The notes below the pieces were generated by a model, which did not search any database, was not told the DNA's origin, and saw nothing but the letters and a program-made list of their open reading frames with translations. A DNA stretch of 39,560 bases. Source: a virus. Lineage: Duplodnaviria > Caudoviricetes. Within the stretch, counting starts at the first letter, position 1, and every line of letters begins with the position of its first letter. Positions 9,416-18,797 of this stretch are shown piece by piece. The position numbers and the translations under genes were made by a program. The stretch is taken from IMG/VR virus record IMGVR_UViG_3300017700_000621, positions 1-39,560 of that record, one strand, 5' to 3'.

Positions 9416-9889
9416 TTAGGCGACGACCACGTAGGCGATGCGGAACTGGAGCTTCTTGCCCAGGACCGGCGTGACCAGCGTGGCGAAGGTGGCCTCAAGC
9501 CAGCACTCCTTCGACGTCACGTAGGGCGTGAGCCGGGCGGCGGCGGCGATGGCGCTGAAGAGATCGACGCCAGCGGCGGCGACATCCAGGCCATCGGCGT
9601 AGCGATCCGGGTCAGCAGCCGCACCCACACCCTCGTCGTCGTCGTCGCCGACGTCCAGCGTCGCCGTGGTGGCGATGCCGTCGCCGACAACGGACGACAG
9701 GGTGGGATCGACCTGCGCCCGGGGCGGCAGCTTGCAGATGCGGATTTTGTCCGCAGCAGCTTCCGTCCCGAGCATGGTGTAGAGGGCCGTCGCGAAGAGG
9801 ATGATCCCCGACGCCTTCAGCCCTTGCGCACGTGCGCCGATCACGGGATCAGCCTGCAACGCGGCGAGTTCGGTATTTCTGGTAGCCAT
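9416..9889 (-). CDS. Putative capsid decoration/cement protein
   Basis: 157 aa, beta-rich ('KLPPRAQV..LDVGD..DPDRYADGLD'); lies between the major capsid gene and the terminator. Confidence 0.65.
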   Translation of the reverse strand: MATRNTELAALQADPVIGARAQGLKASGIILFATALYTMLGTEAAADKIRICKLPPRAQVDPTLSSVVGDGIATTATLDVGDDDDEGVGAAADPDRYADGLDVAAAGVDLFSAIAAAARLTPYVTSKECWLEATFATLVTPVLGKKLQFRIAYVVVA

Positions 9890-9942
9890 GGTTTTAAGCC
9901 CTTACGGGCTGTTGAATTTGATGGTTGAGGGTGGCCGGGCGA

Positions 9943-10842
9943 TTACGGGGACTCGTCGCAATAGACGAGGACGACGCGCTCTTCTTCTTTGCGCGTGGCA
10001 CCGATCATCATCTTGGTGCGGATCTGAATGGTTTCATTCAGGTCGTCGCGGATGCTGATCTTCGCGGACTTCTCCACGCCGATGCCGAGGGCCACACCGT
10101 CGCGCTGATAGGCGATGCAGGTGCGGACGTCCGTGGCGACGACGAGCGTAAGCAGCTCGGTCATCACGAACTCGAAGCCCATGAACTTGTTCACGTTGCC
10201 GTCCACGAGCGCCTTCACGTTGTTGTAGTCGGAAGACTTGATCTCGATGACGTTCACGAGCAGGTCGTTCAGCTGCTTCGCCGTGTGGATGAAGTAGCGG
10301 CCTTCCTGCTCAACCTCGTTCTTGTCGAGGATGAACTTCATGCGCGCCATCTTCGCCAGGGTCAGGCCGCTGTTCACGGCGCTGCCGGACTGGACGTAGT
10401 TGACCGCGACCTTCTGGCCGTTGCCGAGATCCACGGCGTCCGTGCCGTCCTCGCCGATGTAGCTAGTGCCCTCGAGGGCGTCGATCAGCACCTGATCCAT
10501 GGTGCGCTTGGCAGCCATGGCGTGCGCGACGACGTGTTCGCTCTCGGGGGTCGGCAACTCGCCGAGCGCCACCTTGTCGAACTCGTCGATGAAGGTGACT
10601 TCATCGTAGCCCTTCGGGCGCAGCCAGCGTTTCGCCATCTCGGAATCCGAGGGGACGGTTTTGCCGTTGCGCGTGGTGATGAGACGCATCCGGCTCTTCC
10701 CGAGTTGGGAGAAGGTGCGTTCTTTGCCTTTGACGGTAACTCGCTGGCACTTGCCCTCGAGGCGAGACTCCTTCTGCTGAACCAGGTGTTCCCAGTTGTC
10801 GCCGAAGTCGGTCTGATAATGTTCCGGTAGCTGAGTGAGCAT
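9943..10842 (-). CDS. Major capsid protein, 299 aa
   Basis: Start re-assigned to MLTQLPEHYQTDF (ATG 10842). Motifs 'LVQQKESRL', 'AAKRTMDQVLI', 'SSDYNNVKALVDGNVNKFMGFEF' and 'GATRKEEERVV'. Confidence 0.9.
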   Translation of the reverse strand: MLTQLPEHYQTDFGDNWEHLVQQKESRLEGKCQRVTVKGKERTFSQLGKSRMRLITTRNGKTVPSDSEMAKRWLRPKGYDEVTFIDEFDKVALGELPTPESEHVVAHAMAAKRTMDQVLIDALEGTSYIGEDGTDAVDLGNGQKVAVNYVQSGSAVNSGLTLAKMARMKFILDKNEVEQEGRYFIHTAKQLNDLLVNVIEIKSSDYNNVKALVDGNVNKFMGFEFVMTELLTLVVATDVRTCIAYQRDGVALGIGVEKSAKISIRDDLNETIQIRTKMMIGATRKEEERVVLVYCDESP

Positions 10843-11035
10843 GACAGATTTTGGTTGAGGATTCTTCGACGCGCTAAGGTGGCGTCTGTGGCCTCGTCCG
10901 GTTTTCGGGTGTCCGGCTTTCGCCGGGCCTAGCACCTTCGGAAATTCCGAGGGGCTTCAAGGCTTCCGTGCGGAAGGTGTCTGTCGGCTCTCTCTGCCCA
11001 CGACGTATGGGGCACTCGCCTACCCCATGACAAGT

Positions 11036-11068
11036 AAAAAGCCCGATCCCCTTGCGGGCGACCGGGCT
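11036..11068 (-). terminator. Terminator-like hairpin after the scaffold gene
   Basis: Minus strand AGCCCGGTCGCCC-GCAA-GGGGATCGGGC then TTTTT, about 20 nt after the scaffold stop. Confidence 0.7.
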
Positions 11069-11088
11069 GCTATACTCCACCGGGACGG

Positions 11089-12234
11089 CTATTTCTTCTT
11101 CGTCCGCTCGTGGTGGCGCTTGTTGAAGTTGCTGTGCGCCAGCACGGCAGCCTCGTGGCCGCTGTCGTTCGGGTCGTGATACGCCTTGTGCAGCGGGTTG
11201 CTCGGGTTCGTCACGATGTCGCGGGCCTTCTCGCGGTCGGACTTGCCGTCGCCACCCTTGCCGTCTCCCGACACCAGCCGGTCTTCGCTGACCATCTCGG
11301 CGACCTTCGACAGCGCGATGATGACCTTCGCGTTATTGCCGATGCTCGGGTCATTGATGTCCAGCCCGAGGGTGCGGGCGGCGCGCTGCGCCATCCCGAT
11401 CTTCGCGCTGAACGCCTCGCCCTCGCCGAAGGCGGTCTTCAACTCCGTCGCCTGCGCGGCCAGATGCTGTTCCTGGCTGCCGGCGTGGCCGTCGCGGATC
11501 TTCGCCGCCGCCTCGAGATCGGCCTTCACGAGTTCCTTCACGAGCGCCGGGCTGGCGTTGTGCTTGTGCAGGATCGCCGCCATCCCGTTCACGTATTCGC
11601 CGTTCCAGTTCTCTTCCGGCATGTCGGCGGGGCGGGTGATGCCGTAGCCTTCCGGCTTCTCGGGGACGCCGTTCAGCTGGCGCATCAGGGCGTTCCGCTC
11701 GGCGACGACCTCGGCGGGCGCGCCTTCCGGCAGGGGCTGCAAGCCCTTCTTGCCGGCCAGCTGCCCGAGGTTCGCGACGCCGTGGAAGAACGCTTCGGCG
11801 GTCTGATACTTCGCGAACATTTCCTTGTGAGGCTTCAGGCCATCCGGCAGCGCGTCGAACTTCTTGGCGTCGATCTTGCCGGTCTTGTCCCACAGGCCGA
11901 CGAACCACGGGTCCGTCGCGCCGGTTCCTGGCGGGGTGCCCTTCCCGTCACCGGGAGGAGTCCCCTTGCCATCGCCCGGGGGCGTGCCTTTCCCATCGCC
12001 GGGCGGGGTGCCTTTGCCGTCACCCGGGGCGAGCAAGGTCGGCTTGCCGCCGCCGTCCCCACCGCCCGCGCTCTTCCCATCGCCGCCACCGGCCCCGGCG
12101 TCGCCGCCTGAACCGCCGCCACCATCACCGCCACCCCCGCCGCCGCCGTCTCCCCCGTCCAGCGACAGGTAGAGCGGGGCGAACAGGAACGCGAGAAGCC
12201 CGAAGCACGGGCTGAATCTGTTGATCGTAAACAT
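11089..12234 (-). CDS. Head scaffolding protein
   Basis: Low-complexity Gly/Pro N-terminus, 'GVPEKPEGY', helical core, C-terminal 'AYHDPNDSGHEAAV'; lies between portal and capsid. Confidence 0.8.
   Translation of the reverse strand: MFTINRFSPCFGLLAFLFAPLYLSLDGGDGGGGGGGDGGGGSGGDAGAGGGDGKSAGGGDGGGKPTLLAPGDGKGTPPGDGKGTPPGDGKGTPPGDGKGTPPGTGATDPWFVGLWDKTGKIDAKKFDALPDGLKPHKEMFAKYQTAEAFFHGVANLGQLAGKKGLQPLPEGAPAEVVAERNALMRQLNGVPEKPEGYGITRPADMPEENWNGEYVNGMAAILHKHNASPALVKELVKADLEAAAKIRDGHAGSQEQHLAAQATELKTAFGEGEAFSAKIGMAQRAARTLGLDINDPSIGNNAKVIIALSKVAEMVSEDRLVSGDGKGGDGKSDREKARDIVTNPSNPLHKAYHDPNDSGHEAAVLAHSNFNKRHHERTKKK
11929..12025 (-). repeat. Four-copy 24-nt coding tandem repeat (GDGKGTPP) in the scaffold
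   Basis: PGDGKGTPPGDGKGTPPGDGKGTPPGDGKGTPPG in the translation; the DNA copies differ at synonymous positions. Confidence 0.9.
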
Positions 12235-12269
12235 TGGGTGTTATCCTCGAGGGTTGAGTTGCGACGCGA

Positions 12270-12827
12270 TCAGTTCGCCGGCGCGCCGTCGTTCGCCTCG
12301 GGCTTCTCCGTCAGGTGCGTCTTCCGGTCGGCGATCAGCGCGCTCTTCTCCGTGACGTGGGCGATGCGCTTGCCCGTCTTCTCGTCCTTCGTGTAGTGCA
12401 CGGACTGGATCATGCCTTCGCCCCGGATGCCGTAGCGCACGGCGTATTCCTCGGGCTTGTATTTGCGAAGCCACTCGACGTAGGCGGGCGTCTTGTCGCC
12501 GGCCTCGATGGTCTGCTTCGGCGCGGGCGGGATCGTGTCGTCGTTCTGCGGGTCGCGCTTCTTGCCCTTCATCGCGAGCGCCTTGTATTCCACCTTCTCG
12601 TCGTTCAGGAAGCGCAGCACCGGGCTGCGGAACTTCAGGACGTCCTGATTCTCGAACACGACGGTCTTCGACTCCTTCTCGTAGATGGCGATCAGGGTCG
12701 TGCTGTCCTTGTCCGTGCGCGTGATCTCCACGTGCGTCGGCTGGAAGTCCTCGCCGGCGTTCGGCGGAACGACGGGGACGAGTTTGTAGCTGATGTCAGG
12801 CATTTTCTGATCGGCGGGAGCGGTCAT
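12270..12827 (-). CDS. Hypothetical protein in the head module
   Basis: 185-aa ORF with operon spacing between the portal-adjacent gene and the scaffold. Confidence 0.75.
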   Translation of the reverse strand: MTAPADQKMPDISYKLVPVVPPNAGEDFQPTHVEITRTDKDSTTLIAIYEKESKTVVFENQDVLKFRSPVLRFLNDEKVEYKALAMKGKKRDPQNDDTIPPAPKQTIEAGDKTPAYVEWLRKYKPEEYAVRYGIRGEGMIQSVHYTKDEKTGKRIAHVTEKSALIADRKTHLTEKPEANDGAPAN

Positions 12828-12838
12828 CGTATTGGGTG

Positions 12839-13150
12839 TTATTCTGTCCGTGCCTTCGGGGGTTGTTTGGGTTCGTCGCTCTCCGAGGCGCGGGCGATGA
12901 ACTCTTCGGTCTGAAGCTGAAAGATGCGGCAGCCTTCGGCCTGCGTGATCCGCAGGGCGTCAACCTTCCCGCCCTCGTCGGCCACCATCGTGCTGCGGTA
13001 GCGATAGCCGCGCCGCTGCATGTCCTCCCATACGATTTGCTGCTGCGGCGAGCGGTTGCCGTCGCGGCCCAGGACTGAGCGGTAGGCGGCACACAGCAGG
13101 CGGGCGCGTTGCTTCGCCTCTTCCTGCTGCGCTTTCGTGTCTGCGGGCAT
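12839..13150 (-). CDS. Small portal-adjacent protein (Bbp19-like)
   Basis: 'YRSVLG..QQIVWEDM..AEGCR' pattern typical of the small gene after podovirus portals. Confidence 0.6.
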   Translation of the reverse strand: MPADTKAQQEEAKQRARLLCAAYRSVLGRDGNRSPQQQIVWEDMQRRGYRYRSTMVADEGGKVDALRITQAEGCRIFQLQTEEFIARASESDEPKQPPKARTE

Positions 13151-13156
13151 GGTCGC

Positions 13157-14854
13157 TTACCTGCCCATCTGATTCGAGATGCCGGCCACGAGATCCCCGA
13201 GCTTCGCCGGGTCGGCGGCGCTGGCGTCCTTTGCGGCCTTGGCAGCACCCTGCGCGCTGGCGATGGCAGTTTGCGCCTGCGCCTGTTCCGCCCGGGCCTG
13301 CCGGTCGGCGTCGCGGTCCTGCTCGTCGCGCATGATCTTGACCGGCAGCGACAGGTTCTTCGCCAGCAGGCGGGCAGCCACGTCCAGGTCGAAGTTGTCC
13401 AGCACGTCCGGGCGCAGCTGCACGACCGGCCCGATGATCTGCATGAACTCGATGAAGCTGCGGTTCTCGAGCGCCTTGATCGCGAGGGCCACGCGGGACG
13501 TGTAAACGACCTCGGGCGGGATGACGGACACGCCCTGCATCGTCACAAGGTAAGCCTCGGGCGGCGGCTCGGGGAACTTCCCGGCGCGGAAGAGCATGTT
13601 GAAGATGCGCTGAAGCAGGCCGTTGAAAACCTCCGTCTGCATCCGGGCGAACGTCGGCGAGAACTGCACGAGCTTTTCGGCCACGCGCTGCATCGCCTCG
13701 TAGGCGGTCATCTGCTTGTCCTGCATCGCGAACATCTTGAAAAGATCGACGTGGAACGCCTCTTCGATGGCCTTCTGCTTCACTTCGACACGTTCCTTGC
13801 CGATGTCGTAGCGGCCCTGCGTGCCCCACTCCTTCGGCATGGCAGACTGCGGGGCGTTCGGGTCGAACACCGTGATGCCCGCCGACGCCAGATTCACTTC
13901 GCCCTCGAGGTTCTCGGGGATCAGCACGCGGGGGAAGGCGGCGATCTCAGCCAGGGCGTCCATCATCTTCTCGATGAAGTTCACCTGCTTGACCGTGGGC
14001 AGCGCGTCGATGGCCGGGCAATACCCGTAGCACGTGCGGCCCCACTTCAGGTAGCGCGACACCTGCGAGGGCATTTCGTCATACCCCGAGTTCCGCACCA
14101 CGTAGCGGTCTTCCACGCAGACGTAGATCGACGCGACCGGCTTGTTCGCGCCGTCCTTCCGGCCCGGGATGCGCTTGTCCTCTTCGCGGGGATAGATCGC
14201 ATGGATGAAGGTGAATTCCTGATCCATCTTCTTCGACTGCTCGTCCTCGTAGCACTTGCGGATCTTCTTGCCGACGTTCTCGAGCCCGAACTTCTGCACG
14301 GCCTGCCGGGCGGTCAGGGTGAATTCGCGGAACACCGTGTCCACCACGCCCTCGTCGTTTTCGTCGATGCAGTAGGTGCCGAGTTCGGCGTTGCTGAAGT
14401 TCAGGACGTTGCGCTTGCCTTCCTCGCAATGCAGGTGCGCCGTGCCGAAGCCACCGCGATCCAGATACATTTCGTGGATCTCGAGGTAGAAGTTCGACTT
14501 CGCGAGTTCGCGCCGGGCGATCTCCGTGCACTCGCCATACCACTTTTCCGCGATGTCGCCGCCCCGGGCCTTGATCGCCTCGGGCGCGTCAAAGGAAAAC
14601 CAGTTGTCGTTCGAGGGCGTCAGGTAGTTCAGCTGCCCGGCAGCCAGCGTCATGTTCGCCCGGCCCACGGTCGTGTCGTAGAGTTCGTCCGTGTAGCCCT
14701 CCACCGCCTCCGTCTTCTTCGTCGTGATCTGCGATTTGCGCGGCATCACGTAGTCGGCCAGCGACTGCCACAGCGTATCCCACGCGGCGCGCTTCGACTT
14801 CAGCGAGTCGTTCCGCGAAATGATGTCCTCGGCGATGGGATCTTTGGTAGCCAT
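13157..14854 (-). CDS. Portal / head-to-tail connector (T7 gp8-like)
   Basis: 565 aa with 'WQSLADYVMP', 'SNFYLEIHEMYLD..GFGTA', 'YGYCPA', 'AFHVDLF', 'MTAYE' and 'YTSRVA'. Confidence 0.93.
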   Translation of the reverse strand: MATKDPIAEDIISRNDSLKSKRAAWDTLWQSLADYVMPRKSQITTKKTEAVEGYTDELYDTTVGRANMTLAAGQLNYLTPSNDNWFSFDAPEAIKARGGDIAEKWYGECTEIARRELAKSNFYLEIHEMYLDRGGFGTAHLHCEEGKRNVLNFSNAELGTYCIDENDEGVVDTVFREFTLTARQAVQKFGLENVGKKIRKCYEDEQSKKMDQEFTFIHAIYPREEDKRIPGRKDGANKPVASIYVCVEDRYVVRNSGYDEMPSQVSRYLKWGRTCYGYCPAIDALPTVKQVNFIEKMMDALAEIAAFPRVLIPENLEGEVNLASAGITVFDPNAPQSAMPKEWGTQGRYDIGKERVEVKQKAIEEAFHVDLFKMFAMQDKQMTAYEAMQRVAEKLVQFSPTFARMQTEVFNGLLQRIFNMLFRAGKFPEPPPEAYLVTMQGVSVIPPEVVYTSRVALAIKALENRSFIEFMQIIGPVVQLRPDVLDNFDLDVAARLLAKNLSLPVKIMRDEQDRDADRQARAEQAQAQTAIASAQGAAKAAKDASAADPAKLGDLVAGISNQMGR

Positions 14855-14866
14855 GGCGGGGGCGGG

Positions 14867-15247
14867 TTACTGACCGAGGAGAGTCTTGCCCTGGCCTTGG
14901 TAGCCGCCCGTCTCGGCGGCGAGCAGCGTGGACAGGTAGCCCTTGCGGCGACCGGCCTTCTTGCGGGCCTCGCGCTGCGCGTCGCGGACCTCGGACGACT
15001 TGTCCGACGCGGGCGGGGCGGGCGTCGCCGGCGTGGCGGGCGGTTCCGGGGGCGGCAGCGTCTGCCCGGTGGAAGTGTCGATGGGCGACACGGGAGCGGG
15101 CGGCGGCTCGGGGGCCGGGGGAGGCGGCGGCGGGGTCGGCGCGGGCGGCTGCACGTAGGTGGGGGCACCGCCACCCTTGAACCGCATCGCGTGCGGGAAG
15201 TTGAAGAGGAAGCCAGGGCAGCGGGCGCTATCGGGACGGGTTTTCAT
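14867..15247 (-). CDS. Proline-rich small virion protein upstream of the portal
   Basis: 'KGGG..P-rich..RRKGYLSTLL..KTLLGQ' pattern typical of the pre-portal protein in these podoviruses. Confidence 0.7.
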   Translation of the reverse strand: MKTRPDSARCPGFLFNFPHAMRFKGGGAPTYVQPPAPTPPPPPPAPEPPPAPVSPIDTSTGQTLPPPEPPATPATPAPPASDKSSEVRDAQREARKKAGRRKGYLSTLLAAETGGYQGQGKTLLGQ

Positions 15248-15603
15248 GGTGGCGGCGGGTTGGTTGACAGACGCTTCATCGCGTCCAGCGGCACGAAACG
15301 CAATTCGTTATTTCGCTCGAAGGCCAGCCAGGGCAGCGGCCACGGCAGGACCGCCCACGCTTTGCCAAGGTCGCCAGCAGCCAAATACACCATCCAGGCG
15401 TCGCAATCCGCAGCGGGGAAATGGTGCGTCGGGTCCACGATCAGCGCCGGCGCGGCAGCCTTCACGACCGCCCGGCCCATGATGAAATAGTCGGGCGTCG
15501 AATGGACGAACCCGTGCAGGAAGTGCAGTTCCACGTCATCCGTGAACGAGCGGGCGCAGCGTTCCTTCGCGTAAACCTTCGCCGCCTGTTCGAACGGGGT
15601 CAT
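15244..15603 (-). CDS. Hypothetical protein, possibly GNAT-like, 119 aa
   Basis: MTPFEQAAKVY... start overlaps the TerL stop (ATGA); 'DAWMVYLAAGDL..WLAFER'. The 629-aa track ORF is an upstream over-extension. Confidence 0.65.
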   Translation of the reverse strand: MTPFEQAAKVYAKERCARSFTDDVELHFLHGFVHSTPDYFIMGRAVVKAAAPALIVDPTHHFPAADCDAWMVYLAAGDLGKAWAVLPWPLPWLAFERNNELRFVPLDAMKRLSTNPPPP

Positions 15604-17273
15604 GTCGTGCGCGCCGTGCGCTTTTCCCCGCCCGACCGCAGGCCGTGCGACGACCGCAGCCCGGTCACGGCCTCGCGCTTCTCGTGGCGATTGTGCTCGC
15701 CGGCCACCTTCGACGTCCCCTCGAGCATCCCGCGACTGTGCGCCTCGGCGAAGGTCCGAAGCGCGCTCGCCCCGTGCGAGGATTCGTCGTGCACGGGCAT
15801 TTCCTTGATGATGCCGCTGCTGGCGTCCTGTTCCGTGTGGTATGCCTCGAGGCAGGCGATCCCGCTCGGCATCCGCTGATCCTCCATCATCCACTCGTTC
15901 CCGCAGGCCGTCTTGTGGATGTAGAAGCGCGACAGCAGCGCCCGCAGCTGATTGATGCCCACCCACACGTCGGGCGTGCGCGGGACGATCTTGCAGTTCT
16001 TCAGGCCGGCTTCCTCGAGGAACTGTTTCGTGGTCTTGCCGCTGCCCATGCCCTCCACGCGGTTCGCGTCGTGCGGCAGGTAGTGGGCCAGGATTGGCTG
16101 CCCGTATTTGCGTTCCCACTCGAAGCACTTGGCAGCGTAGTGGGCACCCACCTGCCCGGCGTTGCAGTAGTAGGCGACGGCGCAGATGTCGCGGCCCACG
16201 AATTGCAGCAGCCAGATGGCGCAGAAGTCCGAGTAGCCGATGTCCCAAAAGGTGTAGATCGGCAGGCTCGGGTCGTGGTTGAAGTCCTTGATGCGCCCTT
16301 CGCGCCGCAGCTTGCTGATGATCTTGCCGTAGATCGCGCCGGTCACGACCGCGTTCAGCGCCTCTTCCGCCGTGCTCGGGAACTCCTTCAGCATGGCGTC
16401 GCCCTGGCTGGCGTGCTTCTTCGAATACCAATGCTTTTGCTCGGGCGTCAGGGGCACCTTCTCCTTCGACTCGAGTTCGGTGAAGTAGTCGTCCAGTTCG
16501 CGGGACAGGGCCAGCGGGCCGCGCAGGGGCAGCACGTATTCCGGGCAGCGCCACCATGCGAAGAAGTGGAACTTCCAATCCATTTCCGTCATGTCGTCCT
16601 CGGGCGCTTCCTGCGACAGCTTCACCATGTCGTAATTCAGCCCGTATTTGCCGCCCTCGTGGGTGGATTCGATCACGACGATGTTGCCCCGGTGCACCGT
16701 GTTCAGCGCGCCCGTCTTGATCTCCTTCGCCTTCTTCGGGTTGAAGAACGCGATGTAGCCGAGTTCCGAGATGTGCAGGAACTGCACCGTGCCACCGCGC
16801 AGCGACGTGCCGGCCCACGCCTTCGAGCCGTTCGACCACTCGAGTTCCTTCTTGTTCGACGTCAGCAGGCGGACGGCCTGCTTGATTGCCGCGCCGAGCG
16901 GGGCCGTCGCCGGGTCGTCCGGGTCGTCCAGGTGATCGTAGGCGAATTCCATGCGCGACAGCTTCTTCTTCGCGTCGTCGTCCGTCTTGTCCACGATGCC
17001 GCACGTCTGGTTCGGGTTGAACAGGCAGCGGTCCAGCATCAGCACCTGCATGAACGTGGACAGGCCAAGCTGGCGCGCCTTCAGGATCACGTTCAGCCAC
17101 CACATGCCGACGAAGAACGCCTTCTGCGCCCAATTCATGCGGAACTTCACCTTCCGCCCGTCCGCGTCCTCGATCCAGTAGAGGTTATTCAGACGCCAAG
17201 CCCGGTTCCCGAGCTTGTCGGCGATGGCCTTGGCGTAGATCTGTTCCCGTTCGGCTTGTGTCGGCTCACTCAC
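15600..17273 (-). CDS. terL: Terminase large subunit, ~557 aa
   Basis: Walker A 'LKARQLGLST', Walker B 'LHISELG', 'IESTHEG', nuclease 'FWDIGYSD' and 'HDESSHGA'. GTG start at 17273 overlaps the upstream stop (GTGA). Confidence 0.93.
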   Translation of the reverse strand: MSEPTQAEREQIYAKAIADKLGNRAWRLNNLYWIEDADGRKVKFRMNWAQKAFFVGMWWLNVILKARQLGLSTFMQVLMLDRCLFNPNQTCGIVDKTDDDAKKKLSRMEFAYDHLDDPDDPATAPLGAAIKQAVRLLTSNKKELEWSNGSKAWAGTSLRGGTVQFLHISELGYIAFFNPKKAKEIKTGALNTVHRGNIVVIESTHEGGKYGLNYDMVKLSQEAPEDDMTEMDWKFHFFAWWRCPEYVLPLRGPLALSRELDDYFTELESKEKVPLTPEQKHWYSKKHASQGDAMLKEFPSTAEEALNAVVTGAIYGKIISKLRREGRIKDFNHDPSLPIYTFWDIGYSDFCAIWLLQFVGRDICAVAYYCNAGQVGAHYAAKCFEWERKYGQPILAHYLPHDANRVEGMGSGKTTKQFLEEAGLKNCKIVPRTPDVWVGINQLRALLSRFYIHKTACGNEWMMEDQRMPSGIACLEAYHTEQDASSGIIKEMPVHDESSHGASALRTFAEAHSRGMLEGTSKVAGEHNRHEKREAVTGLRSSHGLRSGGEKRTARTT

Positions 17274-17470
17274 CGGCGACCCCTCCACACGAACACGTAG
17301 CCGGCCCAGTGGGCTTGCCGGGCTTGCTGCCACGTCACGCCGGCAGCCTTGGCGGCGGCGCGGATGGACAGGAAGGCGGGCACGATGCGACCGCTCGGCA
17401 TCTGCGCCTGCATCTGCAATTCGACGCCAGGGGCGACGACGGGGAAGACATCTCGAGCGCGTAGTTTCAT
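17270..17470 (-). CDS. Small putative DNA-binding protein, 66 aa
   Basis: MKLRARDV...; 'FLSIRAAAKAAGVT' resembles a short HTH; start/stop overlaps on both sides. Confidence 0.55.
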   Translation of the reverse strand: MKLRARDVFPVVAPGVELQMQAQMPSGRIVPAFLSIRAAAKAAGVTWQQARQAHWAGYVFVWRGRR

Positions 17471-18078
17471 GGGGTGCGTGCGGGTGGGGCGAACAGGGCT
17501 TCGACGCATGACCACGCGGCGCGGTCGTCCAGCCAGTTCGCGATGATGGGGTTCACGTAGCTGATCGCCGTGCAGTTCGGACGCCACTGCGATTTGATCC
17601 ACGGCAGTTCCGTCAGCCACCGCTTGCGCGAGTGGTAGCCGTCCTGCCCGGCTGCGTCCTTCTGCTGCATGGCGCAGTCGAAGCCGAACACGTCGATCTT
17701 CCCGCCGTCCGCCCATTGCTGCGCCACGTGCAGGGCGTTCGGGAAGGTGTAGGCACATTCCGTCATGCCCTGCGACTCGGCGAGCTTGCGAAGCTCGGGC
17801 GTCAGGAAGTCGAGATCGCGGTGATAGAGCGGCAGAAGCAGGCGCGCACGGTCGGACGGCACGGCCTGCCCCTTGTTCGTGATGTAGCCGATCAGGGGCT
17901 GCGCGTGCACGCCGGCCCGGATGGGGTCGATGATGTGCGTGTCCGTGAAGGCCAGCCAGTCCACGGGGAACAGCCAGCCCGCCGTATTCACGCCCACGAT
18001 CAGGTCGTAGTCGGCGCTTCGTTCGACGGTCCACAGCTTCGTCAGGGATGGCCCGCAGGCCAGGACGGCGATGTTCAT
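17467..18078 (-). CDS. Glycosyltransferase-like protein, Maf/sialyltransferase-like fold, 203 aa
   Basis: 'IAVLACGPSL', 'IVGVN', 'DWLAFTD' and 'IDVFGFD' motifs. ATG 18078 overlaps the upstream stop. Confidence 0.7.
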   Translation of the reverse strand: MNIAVLACGPSLTKLWTVERSADYDLIVGVNTAGWLFPVDWLAFTDTHIIDPIRAGVHAQPLIGYITNKGQAVPSDRARLLLPLYHRDLDFLTPELRKLAESQGMTECAYTFPNALHVAQQWADGGKIDVFGFDCAMQQKDAAGQDGYHSRKRWLTELPWIKSQWRPNCTAISYVNPIIANWLDDRAAWSCVEALFAPPARTP

Positions 18079-18797
18079 GGCGCGACGGCCCCCCACGGTG
18101 ACACGGCCAGGATGCGGCGCAGGCTGGCCTCGTCCTTGATGCCATGGCTGAAGAGCGCCCCGGCGCGCACGGCTTCGACGCACTCGGCGACCCGGTGTTC
18201 GTGGTGGCTGATGTTTGCCCACGAATAGGCCAGCCCCATGCCGCGCCAGTCCTTCAGCGGGACGCCGGCCAGTTCGACGGCGCGCCCCACGTAGCGGTCG
18301 GCATAGCCGTGGCCGTCGCTGAAGCGCATGGCCTGCCGCATCGTCCCGACCGTCAGTTCCAGCGCCAGCCGTGAATACAGGTGCGGAAAGTGCAGGTAGA
18401 ACGCGCCCGGGAAGGTCAGCCCGGGGACCGGCGACACGGGTTCGTTCGGCCACTTGATCGCCGCGACTTCCCCATGCTCGGGCACGGCGCGGTCAGGGAT
18501 CGGCCCCCACACCATCGCGTCGTATTCCAGCAGCAGCGTGAAGTCGTAGCCCATGTCCAGCGCACACTGCATCGCCAGGGCGAACCGCTGGCTCGTGGCC
18601 GCGCTATATCCGCCCGCGTTCGGCACGGCTTCCATGACCATCGCGCCGGGCACGTTCAGGTCGAAGCCCTCTCCCTCGGGCACCCATATTTCGACCTGCT
18701 GGCAGACGCGCAGCCAGTAGGGCAGATGCCGGCGAACGGTGGCTTGGGCAGCGCCGTGGGCCATCACGACGCCGAGGACGCGGGATTTAGCGAGCAT
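18075..18797 (-). CDS. Putative GT-A fold glycosyltransferase, 240 aa
   Basis: 'YDFTLLLEYDAMVW' (ExD in the DxD position), 'YADRYVG' and a late 'FSHGIK'; flanked by two other GT-like genes. Confidence 0.55.
   Translation of the reverse strand: MLAKSRVLGVVMAHGAAQATVRRHLPYWLRVCQQVEIWVPEGEGFDLNVPGAMVMEAVPNAGGYSAATSQRFALAMQCALDMGYDFTLLLEYDAMVWGPIPDRAVPEHGEVAAIKWPNEPVSPVPGLTFPGAFYLHFPHLYSRLALELTVGTMRQAMRFSDGHGYADRYVGRAVELAGVPLKDWRGMGLAYSWANISHHEHRVAECVEAVRAGALFSHGIKDEASLRRILAVSPWGAVAP

Noticed and set aside
9943-10000. T7-like programmed frameshift extending the capsid protein
   Set aside because: No slippery sequence is visible near the capsid 3' end.
491-15490. Long + strand ORFs (491-2947, 3147-5501, 7111-8613, 13109-15490 and others)
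   Set aside because: Antisense shadows of well-supported minus-strand genes in GC-rich DNA, with His/Arg-rich composition and no motifs.
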